NCBI GenBank assembly: GCA_963836205.1
Contig: CAWIIV010000020.1
Coordinates: 32,001 to 96,000, forward strand
Source: an uncultured Acidimicrobiia bacterium
GTDB taxonomy: Bacteria; Actinomycetota; Acidimicrobiia; Acidimicrobiales; AC-14
Direction of reading: 5' to 3'
Length of the DNA: 64,000 bases
Part shown: positions 40,129 through 52,800 of the stretch, in pieces
Numbering within the stretch: position 1 is the first letter of the stretch
Layout of the letters: each line of letters starts with the position of its first letter
Program-made: the position numbers and the translations under genes
The notes under the pieces: generated by a model
Seen by the model: the letters and a program-made list of their open reading frames with translations, nothing else
What the model was told of the DNA's origin: nothing
Database searches by the model: none

Positions 40129-41285
40129 GCCACCAAGCCTTCCAACCGGTCGGCCGCCGTCGCCGCGCCCCCGGCCTGGACGAACGATCGGCTGATGCGC
40201 TCCGCCGCCTGCCGGTAGGACGGGACGTCGAGCACGGTGCTCACCGCGTCGCGCAGCTCGTGGGCCCGCAACCGGCTGAACCGCACCCGGATACCTGCCC
40301 CCGCGGCCTCGATCTGCTGGGCCACGACCGGTTGGTCGTCGCGTATCGGCGCCACCACCTGGGGCAGCCCGTGGGCCAGGGCCTCGACCACCGTGTTGTG
40401 CCCGGCATGGGAGACCACCGCGTCCACGTGGGGCAGGAGCTCGAGTTGGGGCACCCAGTCGGCGACGATCGAACCCTCCGGCGCATTGTCGACCGTGCCC
40501 GTAGGCGCCACCATGATCAGCTGGGCGAGGTCACCGAGCGCCTCGGCCGCGAGGCCGAAGAAGCGCTTGCCGGACTCGCCGTTCAGGCTGCCGAGCGACA
40601 CGAGGACGGCGCGGCGGTCGCCGTCGAGCCGGTCCCACGGGAATGGGCCCGACGGAGGCCGAGTCGTCATCGCCGGCCCGGTGAACGCGTAATGGTCGGG
40701 AAAGGTCATGTCCGACCCGACCAGGTCCGCGGTCGTGAAGCACAGGACGAGTCGATCGGAAAAGCGCAGGTCAACCGCATCGACCAGGCCCACGTCCCGT
40801 TGGAACTCGACTTGGAGCTGACGGATCCACTCCTCCACCTTGGGCAGGTTGCGCAAGGAATGGGCCAGCTCGGCCGAGGTGGTGGCCGACGTGACCCACG
40901 GCACCCCTGCCCGCCGCGCCGCCACCGGCCCGGCGAGGGCCTGCTGATCGGAGATCACGACGTCGGGACGGAACTCGGCGATCGCCCCGTCGACGCCCGG
41001 GAGCATGGCCCGCCCGAGGGGCAGGACGAACTCCTGCCAGAAGAACTTCAGGGCGACCACGCCCTTCAGCTCCTGCCACGCCGACCGGAGGTTCACCAGC
41101 TCGGCGTCGAGGTCGTCGTCGGACGCCCGGTAGACCCGCGAACCGTCGGGAAGCAACGACCCGAGGGCCCCGCCGTGACCGGCCCACGCCACCTCGTGGC
41201 CCCGCCGCTCCAGCTGCTCGGCGACCGCGAGCGTGGGATTGATGTGACCGACGAGCGGCGGGACGACGAAGAGGTAGCGGCTCAT
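40125..41285 (-). CDS. GT1/MGT-family glycosyltransferase
   Basis: PPLVGHINP, VSLGS, WVPQLELL..SHAGHNT..PIRDDQ. Confidence 0.9.
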   Translation of the reverse strand: MSRYLFVVPPLVGHINPTLAVAEQLERRGHEVAWAGHGGALGSLLPDGSRVYRASDDDLDAELVNLRSAWQELKGVVALKFFWQEFVLPLGRAMLPGVDGAIAEFRPDVVISDQQALAGPVAARRAGVPWVTSATTSAELAHSLRNLPKVEEWIRQLQVEFQRDVGLVDAVDLRFSDRLVLCFTTADLVGSDMTFPDHYAFTGPAMTTRPPSGPFPWDRLDGDRRAVLVSLGSLNGESGKRFFGLAAEALGDLAQLIMVAPTGTVDNAPEGSIVADWVPQLELLPHVDAVVSHAGHNTVVEALAHGLPQVVAPIRDDQPVVAQQIEAAGAGIRVRFSRLRAHELRDAVSTVLDVPSYRQAAERISRSFVQAGGAATAADRLEGLVA

Positions 41286-42125
41286 CCCGCGGCCAGCAGT
41301 GCCGGCGTCAGTGCTCCGAGGTCGGCCCGCTCCTGCCAACAGGCCGCCAGCCACTCGAGGGCGCAGTCCCGCAGGTCGTCGGTTGCCTCGCTCAACACGG
41401 TGTGGGCCAGCCCCGGAAAGATCGCCAGGGTGAGGTCGCCCACGCTCGCCCGCAGGACGTCGACCGCCCCGATCAGCTCCGACGCCTCGCCGTAGACGGC
41501 GAGTACCGGGCACTGGATACGCCGCAGGTCGTCGGGCTCGATCGAGCCACCGCACGCCAGGTCGTTCACGATCGTGGTCCCGTTGAGGAGGGCGTCGGAC
41601 GTACGCAGGAACCGCACGAACTTGCGCTCCCGCAGCTTGAACGCGTGCTGCGGGCAGGTCGTCGCGCTCGAGCCGCATAGCCCCCGTGGTGAGGGTGTTG
41701 GCCATGTCCTCCGCCCATGGGGACCCGCCGACGGTGTTGTAGTGGCCTTCCACCAGGATGATTCCGGCCACCCGGTCGGGATGGGTCATGGCCATGCGGG
41801 CGGCCACGACCGCGCCGTAGGAGTTCCCCAGCAGGTAGACGGGGTGGTCGATCCCGCAGGCGTCGAGCAGGGCGGCCAGGTCGGCGACGCTGTCGTCGGG
41901 GCTGTAGCCCGTGGGCGGCCGCTCCGACCGGCCGTGGCCCCGCAGGTCGTAGAGGAACGCCTCCGCCCCCGCGTCCATCACCGGTCCCGCGAGCGTGTAG
42001 TAGAAGCTCGACAGGTTGTCGATGATCAGCCCGTGGACGAACACCACCGTCGTCCGGGGAATGGCGTGCTTGGGCACGAGGCGCTGCACGTGGAACTTGA
42101 CCCCGTTGGCGACGACGTCAGCCAT
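41282..42125 (-). CDS. Alpha/beta hydrolase (thioesterase-like), frameshift near 41650
   Basis: VFVHG, YDLRGHGRS, GNSYG; C-terminus in ORF 41282..41617. Confidence 0.82.
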
Positions 42126-42450
42126 GGTTCTCTCCCCCACTCTCGGTTTCGGGCTCGATGCACTGGTGGATGTGGGTGACGAGACGGCCGACGGTCATGG
42201 AGACGATCTCCTCCAGCTCCATGGCGCCGACGAAGCCGACGAAGTCGACCCTGTCGCCGTAGCGCTCCCGGAGCTTCTCGGCCAGGGCGACGAACTCGAT
42301 GCTCTCCACCGCCAGGTCGTCGTTGAAGCTGGTGTCGGACGTGACCTCGACGTCGAGCAGGAAGTCCTCGCCGATGACCTCGACGAGGATGGCCACCACC
42401 TCGTCGAGAATCGAGTCCTCCGTGGTCTTCGTGCCGGGGGACTTGGTCAT
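42118..42450 (-). CDS. Stand-alone acyl carrier protein
   Basis: TSFNDDLAVESIEFVAL...MTVGRLV; ATG overlaps the PKS stop. Confidence 0.85.
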   Translation of the reverse strand: MTKSPGTKTTEDSILDEVVAILVEVIGEDFLLDVEVTSDTSFNDDLAVESIEFVALAEKLRERYGDRVDFVGFVGAMELEEIVSMTVGRLVTHIHQCIEPETESGGENHG

Positions 42451-45400
42451 TCCGGGGCCTCCGTTGGAACAGGGGTGGTCCAGGCCACGGCATAGGTGGC
42501 CGATGGACCGTCGATGAGCAGGGTCGTTGCCTGGTAACGGCGGCCGTCGGTGACGATTTCCAACCCGTCGCCGGTCTTCTGGGTGACTTCGAAGTTGCGG
42601 GGATTGCCCATGAACCCGGTGCCCCGGGCCTTGGCCACCGCCTCCTTGGCCGCCCAGAAGCGGACGAGGGCGGTGGTGCGGGCGTGGGCGTCGTGGGCGT
42701 CGTGGGCGTCGCCGGCGTCGCCGGCCTCCGTCTCGGCGTCGAGCAGGCGGTGCTCGGCGGAGGTGAAGCCGATGCGTTCGGTGTCGAGGGCGCGATCGTC
42801 GACCGCCTCCACGTCGATGCCGACGGGGCCGTCGGGCGACACCATGGCCACGCCGAGGTCGCCGCTGTGGGCGATGGAGACATGCAGCCGGCCTCCGCCG
42901 GGGAACGGTCCCGTGACCCGGGGCTGGCCGGAGGGGTCGTTGGAGACGGTGATCTCGCACGGGAAGACGGGGCCGTGGCCGTGGTCCCACAGCCATCTGG
43001 CGGGTGGCGTCCTTGGCCGCGATCCGGCCGAGGAGCCACTGGCGCTGGCGGCGGGCGTTGAGTCCGTCGTACTCGGCCCGCTCGGCGGCGTTGAGGTAGC
43101 GCCGCATCATGAGCTCACGGGAGGCGGTGCCTGGCCAGCGCTCACGGACCAGGCACCACCCACCCAGCTGGGACTCGCCTACCCCAGCGATCTCGGGAGA
43201 GAACTTCACCCTCCAAATCTGTTCGTCGGTGGCAAAGCGCCTCGTGGTCCAGCCGTCGATCTCGCACCACGTGTCGCCGTCGGGGGTGCGGAGGGTGGCA
43301 TCGGCTCGCATCCCGGTCTCGGTGAGCTCGGTGATGCGGGCGGTGCAGGCCACCGCGTGGGTGGCGGGAGGCTGGGGCCCGTAGAGCCGGATGGCGTCGA
43401 CCGAGACGGGGAACACGGTGCGGTCGGATTCGACGCCAACCTGCATCCAGTGGCCGATGAGCTGGCCGGCGCTGTCGAGGAGGGCACCGGGCGTGGGCAG
43501 GGGCCGGAGGACGCCCCGGATCCCGTCGTCGGCGATCGAGGTGACCTCGGTGACGCCGGCGAAGCGGGGACCGTGGAACATCCACCGGTCGTCGTAGAGC
43601 TGGGCCGCCGAAACCGGCGGGGTGCGCTCGCCGGCGAGGGGCTGGTCGGTGGTACGGGGCGGCACCGGGTAGTTGTCGGCAAGGAGGACGGTCCCGCTGG
43701 AGTAGCCCTCGATGGTGACCTTGACCCGGTCAGGACCCTCCTCGACCGCGGTCACGGTGGTGGTCGTGGCCGGCGCCACCACCAGCCACCGCATGGCCCG
43801 GACGTGGGAGAAGCCGACGACCACGCGTCCGGGGACGAGCTGGCGGGCGGCGTCGGCCATGAGCTCGAGGAGGGTCGTGAGGGGCACGACGGGGAAGCGG
43901 TCGGAGTCGTCGTCCCAGTCGTCGGGCTGGAGAAGCAGGCAGTGGTCGCGCACGTACGGCATGGTGTCGAGGGAGAAGGTGCGTTCGACGGACGAGCGGC
44001 GGGGGGCGGTCGGGGTCGGTGCGGGGAGGGGGGCCGCCGACTGCCAGGCCGCGACGATGCGCCGGGCCGACTCGGTGGCCTCCTGCATGGCGACGCCGAG
44101 CTCGGCCAGGACGGGGCTGCCGCCGGGGGTGATGGGCGACGTCTCGATCGAGGGCCCGTCGGAGCCGACGATCCGGGGGGCGGAACCGTTGAGGCGGACG
44201 AGCGGCGTGCCCAGGTCGAGGCGGACGGTCGTGCGCGTCCGGGCCACCGGGCTGGTCGCCGTCTCGGGGCCGTCCAGCCGATCCCACCGCACGTCGCGGC
44301 CCTCGGTCCACAGGGCGGCGGCCACCCGCCGGAGCTGGGCCAACCCCGAGCGGGACGCCACGTTGGCCGTAACCGCCAGGTAGCGCTCGTCTTTGAGGGT
44401 GTCGTCGACGAAGCCGGGGAGGCTCCCCGGACCGACCTGGACGAAGGCCCGCACGCCCTCGGCGTGGAGGCGGCGGGTGAGCGGCCCGAAGCGCACCGGC
44501 TCCAGCAGGTGGCGGACGACCAGGTCGCGCACGGCGGTGGGATCGTCGGGGAAGGGGCCGACGGTGGTGGCCGACCAAACCGGCACCGACGGCCGGTGAA
44601 GTGGCAGCCGGTCGAACGAATCCCGCACCGGGCCGAGGTAAGGAGCGAGCATCGGCGAGTGGAAGCCGGACTTGAACGGCATCGGCTGGGCCATGACCTG
44701 GTCGGCCCGCAGCCGCTCGACGGCGATGTCGACCGACCGGCGGGAGCCGCAGATCACCGACTGGTGGGGGCAGTTGTCGTGGGAGACGGCGACATCGTCG
44801 AGGCCGGCGAGGGCGGCCGCGGCTCGGTCGGCGCCGCAGCCGAGGGCGGCGTACACGAGGTCGGGCACCTCGACCGCACCCGGGCGGAGGGTGGCGACGA
44901 AGGCGTCGATGGCGGCCCGGTCGTAGAGGCCGGAGGCGATCATGGCCGTCCACTCCCCCAGGCTGTGGCCGGCCATGACGTCGGGGGCCACGCCGATGCG
45001 CCCGAGGGCGTCGGCGAGAAGTCGTCCGACGGCGATGATGTCGAGTGAGCGCTCGACGAGATCGTCGCCGCCGGAGAGCTGGGGCCGAGCCAGGCGGAAG
45101 TGCTCGGCCACGTCGTCCACCCTGGGCACGAACTCAGGCTCGAATCCGGGGAAGAGGAACGCGATTTTATTCGTCGATTTGACGAGAAGAGGATCGGCGG
45201 TGAACCAGAGATCGCTGCGCCCCTGCCACGGCGTGCCCCGGGCGGCGACCTTCCGCGCAAGGTTCAGTTTGCGAGTGGTGGGCGCTACTATTGCCAGCCG
45301 CACCGCTCCGCCTGCCGGATCGACGCCTGAAGAGCCGGCGACCCGGAGCAGCTCGTCGTCGGACGACGCCAGCCGACGGCACATCTCGTCGGGGCTCGAC

Positions 45401-46887
45401 GCAGCCAGGAGGAGCACACGCTCCGCGGGCTCGGTCGTGACCCGGACCCGCGACCGCGGGCGGGCGGTGCGCCATCCGGGCGCCTCCTCCAGGACCACGT
45501 GGGCGTTGATCCCACCGAAGCCGAACGCGTTCACCCCGGCCCGGCGGGGACTCACCGCGGTGGCCCGGTCCCACTGCTCGAGCTCGGTCACCGGCCGGAA
45601 GCGGGTGGGCGCCAGCGCCGGGTGAGGCTCCTCCACGTGCAGCGTCGGCGGGCGGACGCCGTGGTGGACGGCCAGGGCGGCCTTGATCAGCCCCGCGATC
45701 CCGGCCGCGGGCATGGCGTGGCCGATGTTGGACTTCACCGTCCCCAGCCCGACCAGCTCGGCCCCCGGCGTCCGGCGGCCACCGAAGGCCCGGGCCACCG
45801 TCTCCAGCTCCGCCTGGTCGCCGGCAGGGGTGGCGGTGCCGTGGGCCTCGAGCAGACCGATGGCGTCGGGCGCGGTCGGGTCGAGGCGAGCCTCGGTCCA
45901 CGCCTGCTCCACCGCCAGCAGCTGGCCGGCGGACAGCGGGCTCATGAGGCTCGAAGCCCGCCCGTCGCTGGCCACGCCCGTCCCCCGGATGACGGCGTAG
46001 ATCCGGTCGCCCGCCCGTTCGGCGTCGGCCAGGCGCTTGAGGAGCACGATGCCGGTGCCCTCTGACATGAGGGTGCCGTCGGCCCGCCGGTCGAAGGGAC
46101 GGATGGCCTGGCTGGGGCTGAGGGCCTTGAGCTGGGTGAACACGCTCCACAGGGTGGCCACGTGGCAGTGGTGGACGGCTCCCGCCAGCACCGCGTCGCA
46201 CCGGCCCGAGGCCAGCTCCCGGACGGCGTGGTCGACTGCCACCAACGACGAGGCGCAGGCGGCGTCGACCGTGTAGGCCGGTCCCCGGAAGTCGAAGCGG
46301 TTGGCCACCCGGGAGGCGGCGAAGTTGGGGACCAGGCCGATGGCCGACTCGCCTGAGGCCGGTCCGAGCTGGTCGTCGAACGCGGTGCGCACGGCGTCGA
46401 GCTGCGCCCCTGTGATGCCGGGGACGAGCTCCCGCAGCAGGGAGAGCACCTGGTGGCTGGTGCGCACCCGCTGGTCCATGCGGGCGCTGGCCGGGGTGAT
46501 GTAGCCGCCCCGGCCGATGATCACGCCGATGCGGTTGCGGTCGGGCAGGCGGTCGTCGCCGCCGGCGTCGGCGATGGCCTCGGCGGCCGTGCGCAAGGCC
46601 AGGAGCTGGTCGGGCTCGGTGCCGGCCACCGCGTTGGGCATCACGCCGAAGGCGGCGGGGTCGAAGTCGGCCAGGCCGTCGACGAAGCCACCCCGCCGGC
46701 AGTAGAAGCGGTCGCTGGCGAAATGGCCGTTGACCGCGGTGGGATCGAAGTAGACGTCGGGGTCCCACCGGGATGCGGGCACGTCGGTGATCGAGTCGAC
46801 CCCGTCGCAGATGTTCCGCCAGAACGTCGGCACGTCGCCCGCGCCCGGGAAGACGGCGCCGATTCCCACGATGGCCACGTCGATCAT
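42447..46887 (-). CDS. Type I PKS, KS-AT-DH-PPTase; frameshift near 43000
   Basis: DAACASSL, HGTAT, GHAMPAAG; AT GHSLG; DHCL..FPVVP; C-terminal GIDVE and FWAAKEAVAK. Confidence 0.88.
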
Positions 46888-49800
46888 TCGGCGGGGTCCA
46901 GACCGAGCACGGTGGTGTACATGACTTGTGCCGGCCCGTCGGGTCCGGCCGCCAGCTCGGCCAGGAGGGCGGCCACGCCTTCGTCGGGGTCGATGGTGGT
47001 CAGTCCCCGACGGGCGTACTCGGCCTCGAGGGAGGCCGACACCATGCCCCCGCCGGCGGCCGACCACGGTCCCCAGTCGACGCTGACGACCCGGGCCCCG
47101 CCCAGGCGGTGGCGCCAGACCCGGGCGAGGGTGTCGAGGGCGTCGTTGGCGGCGGCGTAGTCGGACTGGCCCCGGTTGCCGTAGACGCCGGAGACGCTGC
47201 CGAACAGGGCGAGGAACCGGAGGCCGGCCGGGCGCAGGGCGTTGGCCAAGGCGGTGGCACCCGCCACCTTGGTCTCGTAGACCCGGGCGAAGGACTCGGG
47301 GGACTTGGCCGCCAGGAGGGCGTCCTCGCAAACGCCGGCGCCGTGGACCACGCCGTCGAGGCGGCCCCGGCGGGCGTAGACGTCGTCGACCACGGACCCC
47401 ACCGCGGCCGGGTCGCGCACGTCGGCCACGTGGTAACGAACGGAGGCGGCGTGGGCGGAGAGGGCCTCGATCGTGCGCCCGGACCTCCCTCTCGGCCAGG
47501 ATGCGGCGCACCATGGCCTCCACCTCCACCGGCTTGCGCACACCGGACTCGATGACCGAGTGACGCAGGCCGATCTCGTCGTCGGCGCGGGCGGTGGCGG
47601 GGGCCTCGGGGCCGGTGGGCGGGGGCGTGCGTCCGACGAGCTCCACGTGGCAACCGGTCGCGGCGGCGATGGCGATCGCGACCCGGGCGGTGATCCCCCG
47701 GGCGCCGCCGGTGAGGAGGACGACGGCGTCGGGGTCGAGATCGAGGGCGTGGGCCGCGAGCGCGGGAGCCTCGACCACGGTGAGGGTCGACCGGGTACCG
47801 TTCGTGTAGCCGACGACGGTCGGGGCGGAGCGGGTGGCCAGCTCGTCGAGCAGGTGGCGGGCCACCTTCTGGGGCGCCTCCTTGGTGTCGACGTCGACCG
47901 CCCGCACCAGCACGTCGGGGAACTCGTGGGCGAGGGTGCGGGCCAGTCCCCGAACGCCGGCGCCGGGGGTGGGATCGGTGGACTCCTCACCGGTCCAGCG
48001 GTGGCCGAAGGTGCCGGCCGAGCCGGTGGCCAGCAGGAGCGTAGGCGCCCCCGCCAGGAGGACCCGGCGGATCCCGGCGAAGGCGTCGGGGAGGACGGCG
48101 GCCGAGCCCGGCCGGAGGGCGGCCAGGTGGACGACCTCGTCGTCGGCGTCGAGGGCGTCGCAGTCGTCGGTGCTGAGGACCGACGCGCCCCGCTGCTCGA
48201 GCAGGTCGGCCAGCTCCAGGCCGATGCCCCGCCCGTCGTCCACGACGATGAACCGGCGGCCGGCGAACGACAGGGGGGCGGGCGCGGGGTGGTCGATCCG
48301 GCCGAGCTCGACCAGGTAGCGCCGCATCCCGTTGCCGCCGGATCCATCCGAACCGGTGACGCTTTCGGTCGTCCAGGGACCTTCTGCATGACCAGTTGGC
48401 CCCGGGCTCCGAACCGGTGACGTTTTCGGTCGTCCAAGGGCCGTTCGCGTCACCAGTTCGAGGGGTGCGCTCGGCCGGCGAACCGGTGACGGATCCGGTG
48501 GCCATGAACCCTGGATCTGTCACCAGTTGGGTTGGGGCGGCGATCGGGAGGAGGTGGTCCTCCAGCCAGGCGACGATGCCGGCGATGGTCTTGATGCGGG
48601 CGAGGTCCTCGATGAGGCTCTCGTCGATCGTGGCGCCGGCGCCGCCCATGCCGAGGCGGTCGGCGAACTCGCCGATCATCTCGGTGCGCTTGATCGACCC
48701 GATGGACAGGTCGGCTTCCAGGTCGAGGTCGGGGTCGAGCATGTCGCGGGGGTAGCCAGTGCGGGCGCTGACGATGTCGAGGACGACGGCAGTGAGGTCG
48801 ACGGGCGCGTCGGGGATCGCCGGATCGGGAGCGGGGACGGTTGCAGCAGCAACGGAGGCGGTGTTGGCCGGCACTCGCTCGGTGGCGGCGACCACGATCG
48901 GTGCCGGGGCCGCGCCCAGGTAGGCGAGCATGACGTCCCGCTGGGCGGCCACCAGGTCGCGGGTTGACTGGAGGAACTGGAGGACGGTGGCGTCCCGCTC
49001 GGTGGTGGCGACCGCGGGCACGGCGCCGGGATGCGCGTCGCGGGGCATGAGCGTGGCCGGCCGCAGTCCACCGACCAGGGGCTGGCCGTCGGCCCGGCGG
49101 ACGAGGTGGCCGTCGACCAGCCAACCCGGCCTCGCCGGGACGTCGGTCAGCCTGACCAGGCGGGCTCGGCCGTCGAGAAGGGCCTGGGTGTCGACCGGGA
49201 CGCCGGCCACCGCCAGCTCGGCCAAGGCGAGGAGCAGGCGGCGCAGGCCATGGTCGCCGGGGAGGTCGCAGGCCACCACCGTGTGGGGACGGTCGCCGAG
49301 GATGGCGCCCACGAGCTTGGTGAGCACGCCGCCCGGCCCGGTTTCCACGAACACGCGGGCGCCGGCCTCGTACATGGCCTCGATCTCGTCGACGAACCGA
49401 ACCGGGTGGGCCAGGTGACAGGCGAGGGCGGTGCGCAGGTCGTCGCCGTGGGGGGCGGCGGTGGTGTTGGACCAGACCGGGAAGGCGGGGTCGGCCACCT
49501 CGACATCGGCCAGGGCCGCCGCGAACGTCGTCGCGGCCCCGGCCACCACCGGGCTGTGGAAGGCGCACGCCACCGGCAGTCGCTTCGAGGGCAGGCCGGC
49601 GGACGCCAACCGGGCGATGGCCTCGGCCAGGGCCGGCTCCGTCCCCGAGATCACCGTCTGCAGGGGGGAGTTGTGGTTGGCGACCACGATCCCGTCGACG
49701 CCGGCGATGGCCGCGGCCACGTCGGCCGCCGATGCCGCCACCGCGGCCATGCCGCCCGGATCGGCACCGGCCGCGTCGAGCACCGCCGCGGCCCGGGCCG

Positions 49801-52800
49801 CGCTGAGGGTGAGAAGGTCGTCGGCGGCGATAGCGCCGGCTGCGGCCAGGGCCACCAGCTCGCCGTAGCTGTGGCCGCCGGCCAGGTCGGGACGGACGCC
49901 CACCGATGCCAACACCTCGTACATGGCCAGCCCCGCGATCCCGAGCGTCGGCTGGGCCGAGCGGGTGTCGGTGATGGCTGCCTGCTGCGCCGTCTTGTCG
50001 TCGCGGCCGAAGGCGAGGGGCGGGAACATCACCGACGCGTACCGCCCACCGGCCAGCCGCAGGAGCCGCTGGAGCCGGGGGAAGGCCACGAACAGGTCGG
50101 CCAGCATCCCCGGCCGCTGGCTCCCCTGCCCCGGGAACAGGAATGCGACCTTGCCGGGGTCCCCGTCTTCGGCGGTCAGCCTGTTGGCTGGCTCGGCGGC
50201 AGCCAGCCCGGCGGCTCGGCCGTCGGCAGCGGCGCGCACATCGTCGGCGGCGGCGGTGACCGGCCCGTGGGTGGCGGCGAGCCGGTTGGCTGGCTCGGCG
50301 GCTGCCAGCCCGGAGGCTCGGCCGTCGGCGGCGGTGAGCGCGGCAGGGAAGACGCCGTCGCCGATAGTGCCGGCCCGCAGGCGGTCGACTTTGGCCGACA
50401 GGTCGTCGAGGTCGTCGGCCACGATGGCGGAGACGCCGGCCATCGCCAACTGGTGACGATTTCGGGGGCCATGACCCCCGGATCCGTCACCGGTTCGGGT
50501 CACGGCGACGGTGAAGGCCAGATCCCGCAGGGCCCAGGGTCGGCCGGCCCCGTCGTTGGCGGCGATGAGCTCGGCCAGGCGGTCGACGTCGGCCGGACTC
50601 CGGAAGAGGAACAACTCGGCCGGCCACTCGTCGAGCCCGTGGGCGGGCTCGGCCGCACCGTCGTAGCCGGCGACGACGGCGTGGAAGTTGGTCCCCCCGA
50701 AGCCGAAGGCGCTCACGCCGGCATACCGACCACCGGGTGCCGCCGGCCACGGACGGGCGCCGGGCGAGAAGGCGAACGGGCTCGACGCCGAGTCCCAGTA
50801 GGGGTTGGGCTCGGTGAGGTGCAAGGTCCCCGGGCGGACCCCGGTGTGAAGGGCCAAGCGTGGTCTTGATCAGCCCGGCCAGCCCGGCCGCGCACTTGGT
50901 GTGTCCCACCTGCGACTTCACCGAGCCCAGCACGGCCGAACCGGGCGCCGATCCGGCGGCGATGAACATCTCGGTCAGCGCCGCCAGCTCGGTGCGGTCG
51001 CCCACAACCGTCCCCGTGCCGTGGGCCTCGACCAGGCCCACCGCGGCCGGCGACACCCCCGCCATCCGGTACGCCCGCTCCAGCGCCGCCTGCTGCCCCT
51101 CCCGGCGGGGAGCCGTGAGGCCCAGCGATTTCCCGTCGCTCGACCCCGCCACCGCCTTGACGACCGCGTAGACCCGGTCGCCGTCGCGCTCGGCGTCCTC
51201 CAGCCGCTTGAGGACGACGCAGGCGACGCCTTCGCCGAGGGCGATCCCGTCGGCCTCGCCGTCGAAGGTGGCGCAGCGCCCGCTCGGGGACAGGGCGTGC
51301 ACCGAGGCGAACATGAGGTAGTCGTGGATGCCGTTGTGGAGGTCGCCGGCGCCGCACAGGACCATGTCGCTGGTGCCGGTGCGCAGCTCCTTGCAGGCGA
51401 TGTCGAGGGCGGCCAGGGACGCGGCGCAGGCGGCGTCGACCGTGTAGTTGACGCCGCCCAGGTCGAGGCGGTTGGCGATGCGGCCGGCGATGACGTTGCC
51501 GAGCACGCCCGGGAAGGAGTCCTCGGTGAGCCTGGGTAGGTGCTCGTCGAGGGCGGCCGGCAGCTCGCCGAAGTAGGCGGGGAAGGCGGAGCGCAGGTTG
51601 TAGGCGGAGGCGAGGTCGGTGCCGGCCTCGGCCCCGAAGATCACAGACGTGCGGTCGCGCCGGAACGGGCGCCCACCTCCGTAGCCGGCGTCGGCCAGGG
51701 CCCGGGCCGCGACCTCCAACGCCAGCAGCTGCACCGGCTCGATGCCCACCAGCGACGACGGGGGGATGCCGTAGGCGAGGGCGTCGAACGGCACCGCCGG
51801 GATGAACCCGCCCCACTTCGACGGCGTGCGCGCCCCGGGGGTCCTTGAACGAGTCGCGGTCGTAGTAGAGGTCGGGGTCCCAGCGGGTGACGGGCACCTC
51901 GGTGACCGAATCGACCCCCGCCACCACGTTGGCCCAGAAAGCGGCCACGTCGGGCGCGCCCGGGTAGATGCAGGCCATCCCCACGATGGCGATATCGAGG
52001 GGACGGGCGTCGTCGGACCGGTCGACGGCGGCCGGGTCGAGGCCCAGCGCCGACACCCGTTCGGTGAGGAAGGCGTCGACCCCGTCGGTGACCTGGGCGT
52101 GCAGGCGAGGCGATGGTGGTGACGTCGTCCCGCAGGGCCGCGACCTGGCCGATCATGTACATCCCGTCCCGCTGCTGGTCGGTCTCGTCGACCGTCGCCA
52201 GCCGGCCCCCGTCCCGCTTGAGGCCCTTGGACGCGATCCGCAGCCGGCCCAGGTTGAGCTGCTCCAGCTCGGCCCACATCTCCTGTTGGGACGCGCCGGA
52301 CGCCGTCAGCCGGCCCCGGGCCTCGTCGAACGCCTCCACGTAGGGGGTGGGGGCGCAGCGGGTGGCGTGGCCGGGCGACGTCTCCAGCAGCACCGTCTCC
52401 CGGCACTCGACCGCCTGCCGTTGGAACCCGGGGAGGATGGCGCCCGCGGCCACCGCCTCCTCGGTGAACAGGTAGGCGGTGCCCATGAGGACTCCGACCG
52501 AGGCGCCCGCCGCCGAGAGGGGCGCGGCCGCGGCCGCCACCATGGCCGCTGACCGCTCGTCAGCGATCCCGCCGGCGAACAGGATGTGGAGGTCGGGCAC
52601 CGCCTCGGGCACCGCGAGCAGCCGCTCGATCTGGGTGTCCCACAGGGGGAAGCTCGCCCGCGGCCCCACGTGGCCGCCGCACTCGAAGCCCTCGAACACG
52701 AACCGGCGGGCGCCCTCCCGCAGGAAGCGGTCGAGGAGGCCGGGCGAGGGGACGTGCAGGTAGGTGGCGATGCCGGCCGCCTCGAGCGGTGCCGCCTGCG

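Noticed and set aside
40125-42140. Hydrolase-glycosyltransferase fusion
   Set aside because: Produced by a frameshift in the hydrolase; its true C-terminus is in ORF 41282..41617 and the GT has its own ATG.
42118-48453. Single 2111-aa KR-KS-AT-DH-ACP protein
   Set aside because: Chimeric reading caused by frameshifts joining three genes.
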